DNA from: Isurus oxyrinchus
Taxonomy: Eukaryota
Length of the DNA: 64,000 nucleotides
Direction of reading: 5' to 3'
Assembly: GCA_026770705.1 (NCBI GenBank)
Contig: JANJGN010000385.1
Location: forward strand, 310,001 to 374,000
The notes below the pieces were generated by a model, which was given only the letters and a program-made list of their open reading frames with translations, was not told the DNA's origin and did no database searches. The position numbers and the translations under genes were made by a program. Below are positions 63,480-64,000 of this stretch, piece by piece (within the stretch, counting starts at the first letter, position 1; every line of letters begins with the position of its first letter).

Positions 63480-64000
63480 GTAAGTGTGAAGGTTTAATTG
63501 GTTGATTTCAAACATTTTTTCTTCAAACTTCTCTCCTTATAGAAAGAACTTGCATTTCTATAGCACCTTTCACAACCCAAAACCCTTCACAGCCCCTGAA
63601 GAGTTTTGATTTTCACATACTGTTTAACATCTCATCCAACACTCAATGTTTCACAACTCAGTCCTGTAACTGGCAGTGTTGACCCGCACCATAAGATACC
63701 TTGTGACCTCCTGAGGATGTGAAAGGTGCTATATAAATGAAAACTTTTCTTTTGTTAGTGAATGCAATCTCTTTCCTTTTTCCATGTTTCATTCACTCTC
63801 TCTTATCTCCACTAATGCTCTCCTTCTCATTCTCTCTCTCATTCACTCTCTCTCTTATCTCCACTAATGCTCTCCTTCTCATTCTCTCTCTCGTCCTCTT
63901 ACACATTGTTCAGTATCTCACATTTTTAAGGAGCGCTGAGCAACATCTGCTCCTTCAGAAGATCCACCTCAACATCTGGAGTGAGCAGTGAATTGAAACT

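Overview
Eukaryotic, repeat-rich vertebrate DNA. The repeat families suggest a cartilaginous fish (shark), but this is inferred. The window holds a multi-exon cluster of five Siglec/CD33/MAG-like Ig-superfamily receptor genes, built by eye from splice sites. Their V-set domains show the Siglec hallmarks CVxIPC, DCSL and YxFR, with no F-strand Cys. Two genes lie on the minus strand and three on the plus strand, head-to-head around a ~4.4 kb spacer: <-E (5' end only, ~2.4 kb) <-A (19.8->4.9 kb) | spacer | B (24.3->29.4 kb, pseudogene)-> C (32.1->49.8 kb, complete, ~601 aa)-> D (55.2 kb->beyond window)->. A and B end in a transmembrane exon missed by the ORF track, with an intramembrane Arg and a short Tyr-free tail (activating type). 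C has an uncharged TM and a tail with an ITSM (TEYAQI) and a degenerate ITIM, and D has a homologous uncharged TM. A and C share a near-identical 5' half (leader, Gypsy relic, V1, V2, C2), so the locus looks like a paired activating/inhibitory Siglec-like system. It also shows tandem V-set domains, loop-focused hypervariability and repeated independent loss of C2 exons. The rest is degenerate Gypsy, CR1/L2/RTE LINE, Penelope, SINE and solo-LTR sequence, several retroposon-derived minisatellites and one 129-N gap. Most long ORFs in the track are repeat artefacts.
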